Numbered from the stretch's first letter, positions 8,218 to 17,258 are shown. The stretch: DNA of 63,972 nt from Candidatus Saccharimonadia bacterium (GCA_041743505.1 JBGTMQ010000012.1:1-63972); one strand, 5' to 3'. Program-made: numbers and translations. The notes: generated by a model from the letters alone, not told the origin.

Positions 8218-9144
8218 CTACCAACCGGCCAGATCCATGGGGATGGTAGGCAGCGTGTCGAGTAGCCAATGCCGGTTTTCTCTCACAGACCAGGCCGATT
8301 CTTTCTTGTCTAGCCACTGAGCTAGCTTCTGAAGTTCTGGGCCGACATGTTTTTCTAGCGATTCCCGCCGACCGGCGATTTGGAGGCCCGTGGATACCGA
8401 GCGGAAGGCTGTTTTATCACACCAGATACCGGCTAACCCAGACAGGGCCACGGTTTGGGCATCTGAGAACCCAAGGCTAGTGGTGGTAGGAATCATTTCT
8501 CGCAAGGCCATGACAGTGCCTTCCCGGCCAATATGGTCCTCAGTAAGCTCCATGTAGACCAACATTTGCTGGAAAAGGACGCCAAGGCTGCGTGGGGCCA
8601 GTGATTGCTCCAGGTTGAGGAGTCCGAGTTCTGCCTTCCTTCTGGGATGTTCGTTGATCATAAACACATCGTAGAGAGGTGCATAGGCAATAAAGGCCTG
8701 GAGAGTGGCATAAGCAAGATCGGCGGCGGCGTCGGGCTGGCAGGCATCGGCCCTATCGGATGCGCTTGCGACGACACCCACAGTATGAGCATTATTACTC
8801 GCGTTGACGAGTAGCTGAATTGGGCCGCTGCGTGAGGCGTCGCGCTCGGCCGGGGCTACTCTTAACTGCGTGCAGATAACATTCGCGCTAATGTCCAGAT
8901 AACGATGGGTATCCTGGAGGTCGCTGGACTCGTTGGCGCTAAGCCCGTCTAGTTGCTCGTTTGTGAGATGGCGGTTCGCGACGCCGCAGAAAGACCGGGC
9001 CAAATTATCAATACCTTCAAAGACCAGCCCATACTTACGCCCTAAGTGGGGCAAAATTGAGTCGGCATGAATCACCCAGGGCCGTTGGCCGATGATGTTG
9101 ACTAGGGCCTCGGCCCGTTCGAATAGATCGAGCACACTTATCAC
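8218..9144 (-). CDS. hypothetical protein, family A (paralogue of 7111..8046)
   Basis: 308 aa; see 7111..8046. Confidence 0.65.
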   Translation of the reverse strand: MISVLDLFERAEALVNIIGQRPWVIHADSILPHLGRKYGLVFEGIDNLARSFCGVANRHLTNEQLDGLSANESSDLQDTHRYLDISANVICTQLRVAPAERDASRSGPIQLLVNASNNAHTVGVVASASDRADACQPDAAADLAYATLQAFIAYAPLYDVFMINEHPRRKAELGLLNLEQSLAPRSLGVLFQQMLVYMELTEDHIGREGTVMALREMIPTTTSLGFSDAQTVALSGLAGIWCDKTAFRSVSTGLQIAGRRESLEKHVGPELQKLAQWLDKKESAWSVRENRHWLLDTLPTIPMDLAGW

Positions 9145-9179
9145 GTCCTTGAGTTGTGAAGGTAGACTGGAACCAAGTA

Positions 9180-9208
9180 ATTAAACTTGTTTTGGGGGTG
9201 GTTGTCAA
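9180..9208 (-). promoter_or_regulatory. sigma70-type promoter for 8218..9144
   Basis: Minus strand TTGACA (9208-9203), 17-nt spacer, TTTAAT (9185-9180). Confidence 0.45.
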
Positions 9209-9225
9209 GTAGAGTGCGCCGTACT

Positions 9226-9612
9226 CTACGCCTCGTATAACTCTAATGGCGTCTTGTCGGGGTCATAGAAAAAGGTGAAGCGCTTGCCGGTATCTTCATC
9301 AACTCGGACGTTCTCAACCTCAACCTGTTTCTGCTTGAGATGTTCGACCGCCTTATCGAGGTCGGCCACTTGAAAAGCCAGGTGGCGCAGGCCGCAAGCC
9401 TCGGGATGGGAAACACGAGATGGTGGATCGGGGAAAGAAAACAGCTCGATAATATACTCGCCGTTGATCGAGAGATCGAGCATATACGAATCGCGCTCTT
9501 TGCGGTACACCTCCCGGACAATTTCGCAGCCGAGTACCCCAGTGTAAAACTGCTTGGATTTTTCGTAGTTGGAGCAGATGATGGCGATGTGGTGGATTTT
9601 TTGGATTTGCAT
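9226..9612 (-). CDS. VOC-family (glyoxalase I-like, YaeR-type) metalloprotein
   Basis: 128 aa. IHHIAIICSNYEKSKQFY, GLRHLAF and FFYDPD..PLELYE are typical of the small glyoxalase/bleomycin-resistance fold family. Confidence 0.8.
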   Translation of the reverse strand: MQIQKIHHIAIICSNYEKSKQFYTGVLGCEIVREVYRKERDSYMLDLSINGEYIIELFSFPDPPSRVSHPEACGLRHLAFQVADLDKAVEHLKQKQVEVENVRVDEDTGKRFTFFYDPDKTPLELYEA

Positions 9613-9661
9613 GGGGTTTCCTTTTTTGACCAGTGTTGTATCCCGGTATTTGGGTAAGGCT

Positions 9662-10570
9662 TTAACTAAAAGTCTTCTGCGTTAATTCAGCAAGGTCTGA
9701 AGATGACAAAATATCGCTGAGCAAGAAATAGCGAGGCGCCTGCAGCGACAGAGACTTATGCTGTCCAAGCACAATCGGCGTCTTTAGCTTAATAATATTT
9801 CCATCGTGATAAATTTTGTAACGTCCGGGTCGATCAGGCATAGGCTCTATATCGGAAATCGCGGCATATGAGCGGATGGCACTCGTGGGTGCGGTTTCGT
9901 AGATGGCAATATATTTTAGTTTAGGTAAGTTAGTCTTCCCGATGCGAGGCTCCCACCAGGCATGCTCATTAACGAACGCTTCGGTATATCCGTCGTTGTT
10001 ACCAGGACAAACAATGGTGTCGTATTGCCGTTGGTCAGGGAGTTTATTGGGTTCTTCCGCGTCAACGGCGGGTTCGACTGACGGCACAAATACATCAAAC
10101 CCGAGCGTGGTCAGCAATAGCTCTATATCAGCAAAGTAGTCTTTAATAGCTTCTTTTCTAAACTCATGTAAATTGTTCAGATTAGGGGATGTTTTATTAA
10201 GTACATTGAAGCGATTTGCGCCTACGGCTAGCGTAACGGCATGAGATTCAAGAAACCTGACTTCAGCTTTGTCGAGTCCGCCGTTTGTTGCAACACAGAC
10301 CACTGCCCATTGCCAGAAAGACCTTTTAGCTTCATGGTCGATAGCGCGCTTATTAAAGTTCTCACTTTCGCCAATGTATATACTCGTTCGCTCGTCATCA
10401 AATAGCATGTATAGCGCGGGCGTATTTAGATCGGCACGTTCACGAGCATACGCTAATTCGCTACGTGGCAATATGTATACGCGAGCAATGCTATTCGATA
10501 AATCAGCGATTTTGACTCCATTGCGATCGGAATCTCTAAGAAATATTTGAACGGTTTTAGAGCGTGACAT
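9662..10570 (-). CDS. GIY-YIG nuclease-family protein with an unassigned C-terminal domain
   Basis: 302 aa. N-terminal half has ALYMLF..SIYIGESENFNKRAIDH...FWQWAVVCV...AEVRFLESH (GIY / YIG / R / H / E pattern). It resembles the DUF4357-associated GIY-YIG family, but the C-terminal roughly 130 aa differ. The gene looks AT-richer than its surroundings by eye. Confidence 0.65.
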   Translation of the reverse strand: MSRSKTVQIFLRDSDRNGVKIADLSNSIARVYILPRSELAYARERADLNTPALYMLFDDERTSIYIGESENFNKRAIDHEAKRSFWQWAVVCVATNGGLDKAEVRFLESHAVTLAVGANRFNVLNKTSPNLNNLHEFRKEAIKDYFADIELLLTTLGFDVFVPSVEPAVDAEEPNKLPDQRQYDTIVCPGNNDGYTEAFVNEHAWWEPRIGKTNLPKLKYIAIYETAPTSAIRSYAAISDIEPMPDRPGRYKIYHDGNIIKLKTPIVLGQHKSLSLQAPRYFLLSDILSSSDLAELTQKTFS

Positions 10571-10704
10571 CTTGGCTACCTATCGGACTCTTGCTTGCGC
10601 CTGTTTCATACCTTGCGAAGGTTATTGTTAACTTAACAAGTTTCTCATTTGCCATAATAAAAAGAGGGAAAGCTCGGCAGCTAGGTTTGACAGTTTAGAA
10701 GGAA

Positions 10705-10737
10705 GCTACCTTATAGCCCTCTTGGCTATAAGGTAGC
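10705..10737 (-). terminator. strong hairpin directly after 10742..12838
   Basis: Perfect 14-bp stem GCTACCTTATAGCC / GGCTATAAGGTAGC with a 5-nt loop, 4 nt downstream of the stop codon. Weak U-tract. Confidence 0.55.
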
Positions 10738-10741
10738 ACGC

Positions 10742-12838
10742 CTACAGAAATTCGCCAACAATCCGTTCGGTTTGGTAAGGCGTAATTCCCTCTTGGACCG
10801 CAAACACCGTGTCTGCAGGCTTGGCCGCAGCTACTAACTGACCGCGGGCTTTGGCATGGAGTTCAAACAGGTCGTAAAGAGTAGGCTTTACAAGTGACGT
10901 CATGGCAATATTCATGAGTGTCAGGGATGACATGTTATTGAGGATATTATTGTTGCGGCTAGGGTGCTGCGTCACTCCCAGATCCGTCCATAACACTTCG
11001 TTTTTCTTTAAATCGATGATAAGCGGCAGGCAGATATGAGTATTACTTGTCAGATCTATGCGGTTCTCGACGGTCCGTGGATCGTAGATTTCGCCGCTAT
11101 GAGGTTTTTGACGCACCATAAAGCCGGCAAAGCACTCAGGCAGTTCATAAAAGGGCTGCTCCGTGTATGAGTTGACACACATAACGATATACCGGATACC
11201 GGCTTTGTACATCACCTCCCGGTCCAGGTCGATGAACTCAGAGGCACCGTCCGGTGCCGAAGTAATATCACCACTGTGGTAGCCACCAAGTTCGCGCAGA
11301 TTGTAGTAGGCGATCTGCATTTTGAACCGACTATTGGAATCTAAGCCGAGGGCGCTAAGATCGAGGTCCGTGCGGTCTTTGCCGTCGGCCCACCAAATAA
11401 AGAATCGAATGGTGTTATCCTCGGGTAACAGAAGCCGACTGCCGCGTCCAAGCGTCTTGAGCGCCCGCGAGGCAGAACGAAGACCCATTGGTACCGTGTA
11501 TTGTTTGAGCGCAGGTTCGATGTAGACCTTACCCAGCGACGGCAGTTGTTTATACTTATCTATCAACGCCCGTTGACACGTAGCTACGACCGCCTGGCAG
11601 GCCTTGTCGTTTATATCGGGCAAAGTATTCTCGACGGCCTGCGCACGAGCCACATTCCCCTTGGGAAAGAACACGCGGGTATCCCGCTGTTGGTTCCGGT
11701 GTTTGAAATGAGTCATGAGCTGAAGCAACACCGGCGATGACACCTCACCCGCTACCTTGTCGAAAGCTTTTAGCACCACTCCGGGGTCTTGGTTCAAACG
11801 CAACAAATGGTCTAACCGGCGAGCCAATTCGCCCGGACGGGTGCTGAGCAATTTGACCGCTTCTGCCATATCCTTTGCCTTTATGAACGACTCAACCTGG
11901 CTATGGAAGGTGGTGAATGGCTTGTCGTTGCGGATAGTATCAAAAGCGTCGGCACATTTGGTATAGCGGTTTTTGTACTCGAACGGATGCAATCGTTCGC
12001 CCAGCCGTTTCCATGCCTCAGGGCGCCGCAGCATATCTTCGGTAAGGCTGTCGCATTGCTCAAGCAGTTCGAGGAGAAAACGGCGGTCAGAGCGTTTGAA
12101 GGCAATGAACTTTGTGGGCTCGGCCAGACTAACGTCGCCGTCCGATTTGGCAACCGCCAGGCGCAGGACGTCGGTAGCAGTTTTGAAGTATTTGGCGACA
12201 GCGCCTGGACCGAGCTTGGTGTATGTAAGAATGTAATGACTGGCTATAGCCAGGTTTTCTTTGCTAGGAATAATGTCGGGTAGATAGTTTGCCGAGTTTA
12301 TTTTGGGCTGCTTCATAAACCACAAAAGGTCTTCTTTATCGGCCAGCGAGTATGAGACTTTGGCTTGCAGCAGGTTGGTAAGAATAGTGTTAAATTCTTT
12401 GTCGGTTCCGATGTCCAGGACCTTCAGTACTATCTCGTCTGCAAGTTTAGGCCGGGGCTTCTTACGATATTTTGGCATTATTCGCGCGCCAACCCAGTCG
12501 CCCAGATAATGCATGTGGGCGTTGATAAACAACTCTAGCTCGCTTGCCTCCATTACCTGGCGGGGGAAATTGGGATACATCGGCCTATAACGGACATTTG
12601 CACCGACTAGCTGCCGCAGTTCTTTAACCAGTTGGTTATGAAACGAGTCAATCTCTTTGAGGGTATAACCTTCCAGGCGCTTGATGACCTTGGACGACAA
12701 AATGTAGCCTAGGCTTTCAATATTTTTAAGCAGCGCAGCAATATGTTGTTCGGTGATTTCGCCTTTACCCGTTCCTTTTGGAACAAGAATTTTCCCAGCC
12801 CGGCGGATATATATTTGATTATTCGAGTCTGATGTCAT
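10742..12838 (-). CDS. large protein with unknown N-terminal region (about 480 aa) and a C-terminal TerD-like domain
   Basis: 698 aa. The C-terminus (FIWWADGKDRTDLDLSALGLDS...AYYNL...HSGDITSAPDGASEFIDLD...IRYIVMCVNSY...FAGFMVR...RIDLTS...ICLPLIIDL) follows the TerD pattern (GLGWD..DLDASAFLL..FYNNL..HTGDN.TGEGDGDDE.I.VDL..I.F.V.I...F.....R..DL). Confidence 0.65.
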   Translation of the reverse strand: MTSDSNNQIYIRRAGKILVPKGTGKGEITEQHIAALLKNIESLGYILSSKVIKRLEGYTLKEIDSFHNQLVKELRQLVGANVRYRPMYPNFPRQVMEASELELFINAHMHYLGDWVGARIMPKYRKKPRPKLADEIVLKVLDIGTDKEFNTILTNLLQAKVSYSLADKEDLLWFMKQPKINSANYLPDIIPSKENLAIASHYILTYTKLGPGAVAKYFKTATDVLRLAVAKSDGDVSLAEPTKFIAFKRSDRRFLLELLEQCDSLTEDMLRRPEAWKRLGERLHPFEYKNRYTKCADAFDTIRNDKPFTTFHSQVESFIKAKDMAEAVKLLSTRPGELARRLDHLLRLNQDPGVVLKAFDKVAGEVSSPVLLQLMTHFKHRNQQRDTRVFFPKGNVARAQAVENTLPDINDKACQAVVATCQRALIDKYKQLPSLGKVYIEPALKQYTVPMGLRSASRALKTLGRGSRLLLPEDNTIRFFIWWADGKDRTDLDLSALGLDSNSRFKMQIAYYNLRELGGYHSGDITSAPDGASEFIDLDREVMYKAGIRYIVMCVNSYTEQPFYELPECFAGFMVRQKPHSGEIYDPRTVENRIDLTSNTHICLPLIIDLKKNEVLWTDLGVTQHPSRNNNILNNMSSLTLMNIAMTSLVKPTLYDLFELHAKARGQLVAAAKPADTVFAVQEGITPYQTERIVGEFL

Positions 12839-12875
12839 GATGATTATAGTTTAGCAGCTACGTGGCTGTGTAGCC

Positions 12876-13340
12876 TCAAAAGACTTTTTTCCATAAAACT
12901 GTGCGACACCGCTCTGCAACCGCTAGTACTACAAGGATGACGGTAATAGTAAATAGCAATTTGAACAAATCAGGCTGATCTTGGCCATTCAGGGCGTATG
13001 CCTGACCGGGTTTGCTTGGGTTGTAGACGATTGCAATTGGCACCGCGTTAGCCAATGATTTATATGTGTCTGAGGTAACATTGATGTTTGCGTACTGCGA
13101 ATCACCTGCTTTATCAAGGAAACTTACCTCAACTACGTAATCCGCGCCGAATTTAACGGAGAAACGTTGTTCAATATGCTTCGAGGCTACATAAGCCGTG
13201 GCTTGCTGCCCGCCAAAAGCCTTAAGAACATGCGGTAGCGCGCCGGTTATATTTCGCATGAATATCATCGCTAAAATTAGCGCGATAAGTGCCAGCAGTT
13301 GCCAGCTTAGTGCGCCCCTAGTTTTCGTTTTGGCTTTCAT
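12876..13340 (-). CDS. DUF3592-like membrane protein (TM, beta-rich domain, TM)
   Basis: 154 aa. N-terminal TM LLALIALILAMIF, central soluble domain, C-terminal TM LLFTITVILVVLAV. The stop is 37 nt upstream of the TerD-like gene start. Confidence 0.55.
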   Translation of the reverse strand: MKAKTKTRGALSWQLLALIALILAMIFMRNITGALPHVLKAFGGQQATAYVASKHIEQRFSVKFGADYVVEVSFLDKAGDSQYANINVTSDTYKSLANAVPIAIVYNPSKPGQAYALNGQDQPDLFKLLFTITVILVVLAVAERCRTVLWKKVF

Positions 13341-13469
13341 TAGCTTATGCGAGTAAAGCGATCCTGTTTAAGCCATTCTAGCTTGCCAGCCGGTTAATAA
13401 AAAGCCTGCCTTCCGGAGCCGACTATGGATATGCTGAAGGCGGCCGGATTTCCGGCCGCCTTTATAGGA

Positions 13470-13679
13470 TCACAAGACGCAGTCTGCCGGTTTGATGTCG
13501 GGTCGGGGCGGGCGTCGGCTCAGCAAGGGCAGTCTATCCCATGACAGGTTGCTCTTGTGGTTGATTGCCCACTGGTACTTCGCCTTTATTTCGGTGGAGG
13601 CGCAGTCGTTGGTGAGGGCGAAGAAGACTTCATCGCCCTCAATGGTGGGTGTGGGGTAAAAGCCATCACCAATCACCAA
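13470..13679 (-). CDS. short ORF, possibly the 3' part of a disrupted gene
   Basis: 69-aa ORF starting at GTG. The same frame stays open upstream to 13797 with no start codon, and an ATG at 13812 lies in another frame. A strong hairpin (13437-13463) follows. Confidence 0.3.
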   Translation of the reverse strand: MVIGDGFYPTPTIEGDEVFFALTNDCASTEIKAKYQWAINHKSNLSWDRLPLLSRRPPRPDIKPADCVL

Positions 13680-13891
13680 AACATATTCGACATGCTTGGA
13701 AGCGTAGCCGCGCTTGACCAGAGGCCGGTCATTGCGACACTCCTGGTGCGGGTAAACAGTCCAATGCCCTGGACACCGGCACTCGGCAAGATGAGATTGC
13801 TTGTTTTACCATAAATGTTAGTCAAAGAAAATCGTACTTCGCTGGCCCACTCTCACTTTGACTCGAGCGTGTTTTACGTTCAAAAATAGCC

Positions 13892-14419
13892 CTACGTGGC
13901 AAACAGTTGGTTGCATACCCGGAACCCATATTGTGTAGTTGCTCCGCGCAGACTATTGCCAAGCTTTCGCGTCTCCGCTCTCAGATCGTCGACTTCAGCA
14001 ATGTCATTGCGCCGCGTGGCGTTGGCAGTTTCGCGCATTTCAACCATCATGCTCCGTAGATCGTTAAGTACCGCGCGTATGCGATTTTGGTCGAGCTCAG
14101 GGGGCGTCACTTGCCCCCAGCTCATTGCTAGACGGTCGAACGTGTTGACCGCGAGATCCATGTAAAACGCGTACGCCTCGGGACCCTGGGGCCACGGCTC
14201 GTGGGCGTGCAGCTCCTGGCTCGCGGCCAAGCACAGATTGTCCACGCGCATAATATAGGGTGTTCGCTCTGTGGTAGTACTCTCATTCTTTGGCGGCTGA
14301 GGGTTGACGTAGGTCTGGTAGGTTATGTAACCCGTAACGAGAGCAATGACAACGGCTGCGGCTGCGAGCCACAACATGGTTCTATTATAGCTGCTGCCCG
14401 AACCTGATTGGCTGCTCAT
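13892..14419 (-). CDS. hypothetical membrane-anchored protein
   Basis: 175 aa with a single N-terminal TM (MLWLAAAAVVIALVTGYITY). No recognisable motif. Confidence 0.55.
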   Translation of the reverse strand: MSSQSGSGSSYNRTMLWLAAAAVVIALVTGYITYQTYVNPQPPKNESTTTERTPYIMRVDNLCLAASQELHAHEPWPQGPEAYAFYMDLAVNTFDRLAMSWGQVTPPELDQNRIRAVLNDLRSMMVEMRETANATRRNDIAEVDDLRAETRKLGNSLRGATTQYGFRVCNQLFAT

Positions 14420-14628
14420 GAGTGCTCTCCTTCTCTCGGAAGTTTCTTGGCGCGAGTGGTGAGTGACTTTTCCTACGATCGTCGTAGGTTAAGTCGTCTC
14501 CCTGAAATTATGCAGTGGCTACTGTGTAACTTCAATGTTCTCGTAGCAGAAGGAAAGTGCGGTGCGTCAGAAAACTGCGAAAATTTGTCGACTTTGATCC
14601 CCGGAATAAGAGCCTTAAACGGGGAAAA

Positions 14629-14670
14629 GACCTCCCGCCAGGTGTGGTGCGAAAACCACTGCCGGAGACC
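14629..14670 (-). terminator. extended hairpin about 190 nt downstream of hsdR
   Basis: Minus-strand RNA: AAAAA-GGUCUCCGGCAGUGGU-UUUCGC-ACCACACCUGGCGGGAGGUC-UUUU (with G-U pairs). A T-run also follows on the plus strand. Confidence 0.4.
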
Positions 14671-14858
14671 TTTTTCGTGTTTGATGGTATCACGATGTCA
14701 TGACAATGTATATCTTGTGGAGTGTAGTTTGTGATCATTGCTGAATCTCTTTTTTCTTTGTAAGACTTTGGGCTAAGTTCATTTATTTCGGTGAGACTAT
14801 TTTGATTGCGGTGGAAGATTGGCATGATAAGGTATTTTTCCTCCGATACAGGTTGAGT

Positions 14859-17186
14859 CTAGTTCTTTACTAATTTACGCTCATTATGTTTCGCATATAG
14901 GTGTTTTTGAAGGTCAAAGAAAGTTGTGCGTATTTCTTCAACATCACCAAGCGTTTCAATGGCGTCTGCCAGAGCGTGGTATAGCAGCGTTAGCAGCGGG
15001 GCGAGCATGGACTCGCTTAGCTCGTCCTCGCCCTCTTGCGCGTATTTGGAAAGTACAAATTGTACGAACTCGGTTTCCTTTTCATCTAGCCTTTCATAGA
15101 TGTCCGGCTCGGCCAGCTTAATGCGCTGCTCCCGGGATATGGGCGGGGTGACGAATGACACGTAGGCCAGCACGTCGAACAGGTCGCTGCCCTCGGCCCC
15201 GATGAGCCGCTGGAGCTCTTCCAAAATGTCGCGGGTGTAGCCGGCGGCGGCCAGTTTTTCCAAGAGGGCCGCCCGTGTATTGGGGTTGGACCAGATGGCG
15301 CGGAGTTCGTCCTCGGTGCCGAAAAACTCCGGTAGGGTGCCAAACAGATTCTCCATAAATTCCTGCACCGACACCGGCTTGCCGTCAGCACCCCAGAGGG
15401 AGGTTTGGATCATGTGCTGGATCTCGCGCTCTTTGCCGTCACGCAGTTTGATCTTGATTTTGGCCTTTTTCGGCTCGGGCTCAGGGTTGTCCACGATAAC
15501 TGGCAGCTCACCCGAATCTTCCGGTCGCTCCTTCGGTTCACGCTTGGTGGTCGGCTCCACTGGTTCACCGTCCCACTCAGGATCGGCAAAGTGGTAATAG
15601 GCGTCCACGAAATCGTAGATGGTGAAGTAGGCCTTGCCGTCAAACAGGCGCGTGCCGCGGCCGATGATTTGCTTAAATTCAATCATTGAGTTGATGGGCC
15701 GCATGAGTACGATATTGCGGACATTCTTGGCGTCCACGCCGGTTGAGAGTTTTTGCGAGGTGGTCAGTACCGTTGGGATAGTACGTTCGTTGTCCTGGAA
15801 GTATTTCAAATGCTCGTCGCCACGTTTGCCGTCTTCGGCCGTTACCCGTACGCAGTAAAACGGGTCCTTGCTGTCCGACAGTTGGTTGACCAGATCTCGG
15901 ATCAGGGCGGCATGGGGTTGGTTGGCGCAGAAGATCAGGGTCTTCTCGTTCTGATTAATTTCACTCAGCACGATGCGCACGCGCTCGGCTTCGCGCTCCT
16001 TGATCTCAATGGTGCGGTTAAAGTCGGGTTCGCGGTAGATTTTGCCCTGCTCAACCTCCCCTTCCACCACGTCATCATCGGTGGTATAGACGTAATCATC
16101 GAGTGTAGTCTTCACCCGCCGCACTTTGAAAGGGGTAAGGAAGCCATCGTTGATGCCCTGCTTGAGCGAGTAGGTATAGACGGGCTCGCCGAAGTAGCGG
16201 TAGGTATCGGCGTTGTCTTTGCGCTTGGGAGTAGCGGTGAGGCCCAGCTGCACGGCGGGCGCGAAGTACTCCAAGATGCGGCGCCAATTACTTTCGTCGT
16301 TGGCGCCGCCGCGGTGACACTCGTCAATAATAATGAGGTCGAAAAAGTCCGGCGGGTACTCGCCGAAGTACGGCGCATTGTCTTTGCCGCTCATGAAGGT
16401 CTGGAAGATGGTAAAGAAAACGCTCGCATTGGTGGGTACGGCGCCTGCTTTACGGATGTCGAGCGGGTTGACGCGCACGATAGCATCTTCACCAAAGTTC
16501 AGAAAGTCGTTCATAGCCTGTTTAGCCAAATTACTGCGGTCGGCCAAAAATAGAACGCGCGGGCGCCGCCGGCCATCCCGGCGCAAGTTCCAGCGACTCT
16601 GGAAAAGCTTCCAAGCGATCCAAAACGCTAATTTGGTCTTGCCCGTACCAGTAGCCATCGTCACCAGTACGCGCTGTTTGTTCTCGGCAATCGCATTCAC
16701 TGCCCGGTTCACGGCGACTTCTTGGTAATACCTCGGACCGTTCCCATTTACTGGTTCGAACGGCACGGCGTCAAAGCGGTTTTTCCACTCGTTTTGGTCC
16801 GAGAAGGTCAGATCCCAGAGCTGCTCGGGGCTGGGAAACTGCGCCACTTCCCCTTCCCGGCCATGCTTCATGGAGATTTCGTAGATGTCGTGGCCGTTGG
16901 TGGCATAGGCGTAGTCAATGTCCAGCTTGGCGGCGTAATCCTTGGCCTGGCCTACGCCTGTAGCCGCCGGTTTGCCTTCGGGTTTGGCCTCGATGACGGC
17001 GATCTTTTGGTTCTTATATACGAGCACGTAGTCGGCAATGTCGGCCTTACCCCGTTCGCCGTTGGCCTGAATGCGACCAGCGGTAATACGGTGCTCCCGC
17101 AAGATTCGGGAATCTTCAACTACGCCCCAGCCGGCGGCTTTGAGCTTGGGATCGATTAATTCGGCGCGGGTGTCGGCTTCGTTCAT
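14859..17186 (-). CDS. hsdR: type I restriction enzyme, R (endonuclease/helicase) subunit
   Basis: N-terminus MNEADTRAELIDPKLKAAGW, Walker A MATGTGKT, DEAH-like IIIDECHRG, helicase C-terminal motifs. The ORF track starts at 17342, but ATG 17186 gives the canonical N-terminus and removes the overlap with 17259..17639. Confidence 0.9.
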   Translation of the reverse strand: MNEADTRAELIDPKLKAAGWGVVEDSRILREHRITAGRIQANGERGKADIADYVLVYKNQKIAVIEAKPEGKPAATGVGQAKDYAAKLDIDYAYATNGHDIYEISMKHGREGEVAQFPSPEQLWDLTFSDQNEWKNRFDAVPFEPVNGNGPRYYQEVAVNRAVNAIAENKQRVLVTMATGTGKTKLAFWIAWKLFQSRWNLRRDGRRRPRVLFLADRSNLAKQAMNDFLNFGEDAIVRVNPLDIRKAGAVPTNASVFFTIFQTFMSGKDNAPYFGEYPPDFFDLIIIDECHRGGANDESNWRRILEYFAPAVQLGLTATPKRKDNADTYRYFGEPVYTYSLKQGINDGFLTPFKVRRVKTTLDDYVYTTDDDVVEGEVEQGKIYREPDFNRTIEIKEREAERVRIVLSEINQNEKTLIFCANQPHAALIRDLVNQLSDSKDPFYCVRVTAEDGKRGDEHLKYFQDNERTIPTVLTTSQKLSTGVDAKNVRNIVLMRPINSMIEFKQIIGRGTRLFDGKAYFTIYDFVDAYYHFADPEWDGEPVEPTTKREPKERPEDSGELPVIVDNPEPEPKKAKIKIKLRDGKEREIQHMIQTSLWGADGKPVSVQEFMENLFGTLPEFFGTEDELRAIWSNPNTRAALLEKLAAAGYTRDILEELQRLIGAEGSDLFDVLAYVSFVTPPISREQRIKLAEPDIYERLDEKETEFVQFVLSKYAQEGEDELSESMLAPLLTLLYHALADAIETLGDVEEIRTTFFDLQKHLYAKHNERKLVKN

Positions 17187-17205
17187 TTTATTATGATGCC
17201 ATGAA

Positions 17206-17235
17206 TTGCGTTTACTGCCTAGCTTCGCGTATAAT
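17206..17235 (+). promoter_or_regulatory. promoter of the TIR-like operon (divergent from hsdR)
   Basis: TTGCGT (17206-17211), 18-nt spacer, TATAAT (17230-17235). GGAGG RBS at 17248-17252, 6 nt before ATG 17259. Confidence 0.45.
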
Positions 17236-17258
17236 CTGATCACCAATGGAGGCAAATC

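Noticed and set aside
14532-14825. 97-aa minus ORF downstream of hsdR
   Set aside because: Poor RBS spacing. It reads through a strong hairpin, and its composition is Lys/Arg/Ser-rich and low-complexity. It is kept only as a note in the findings.
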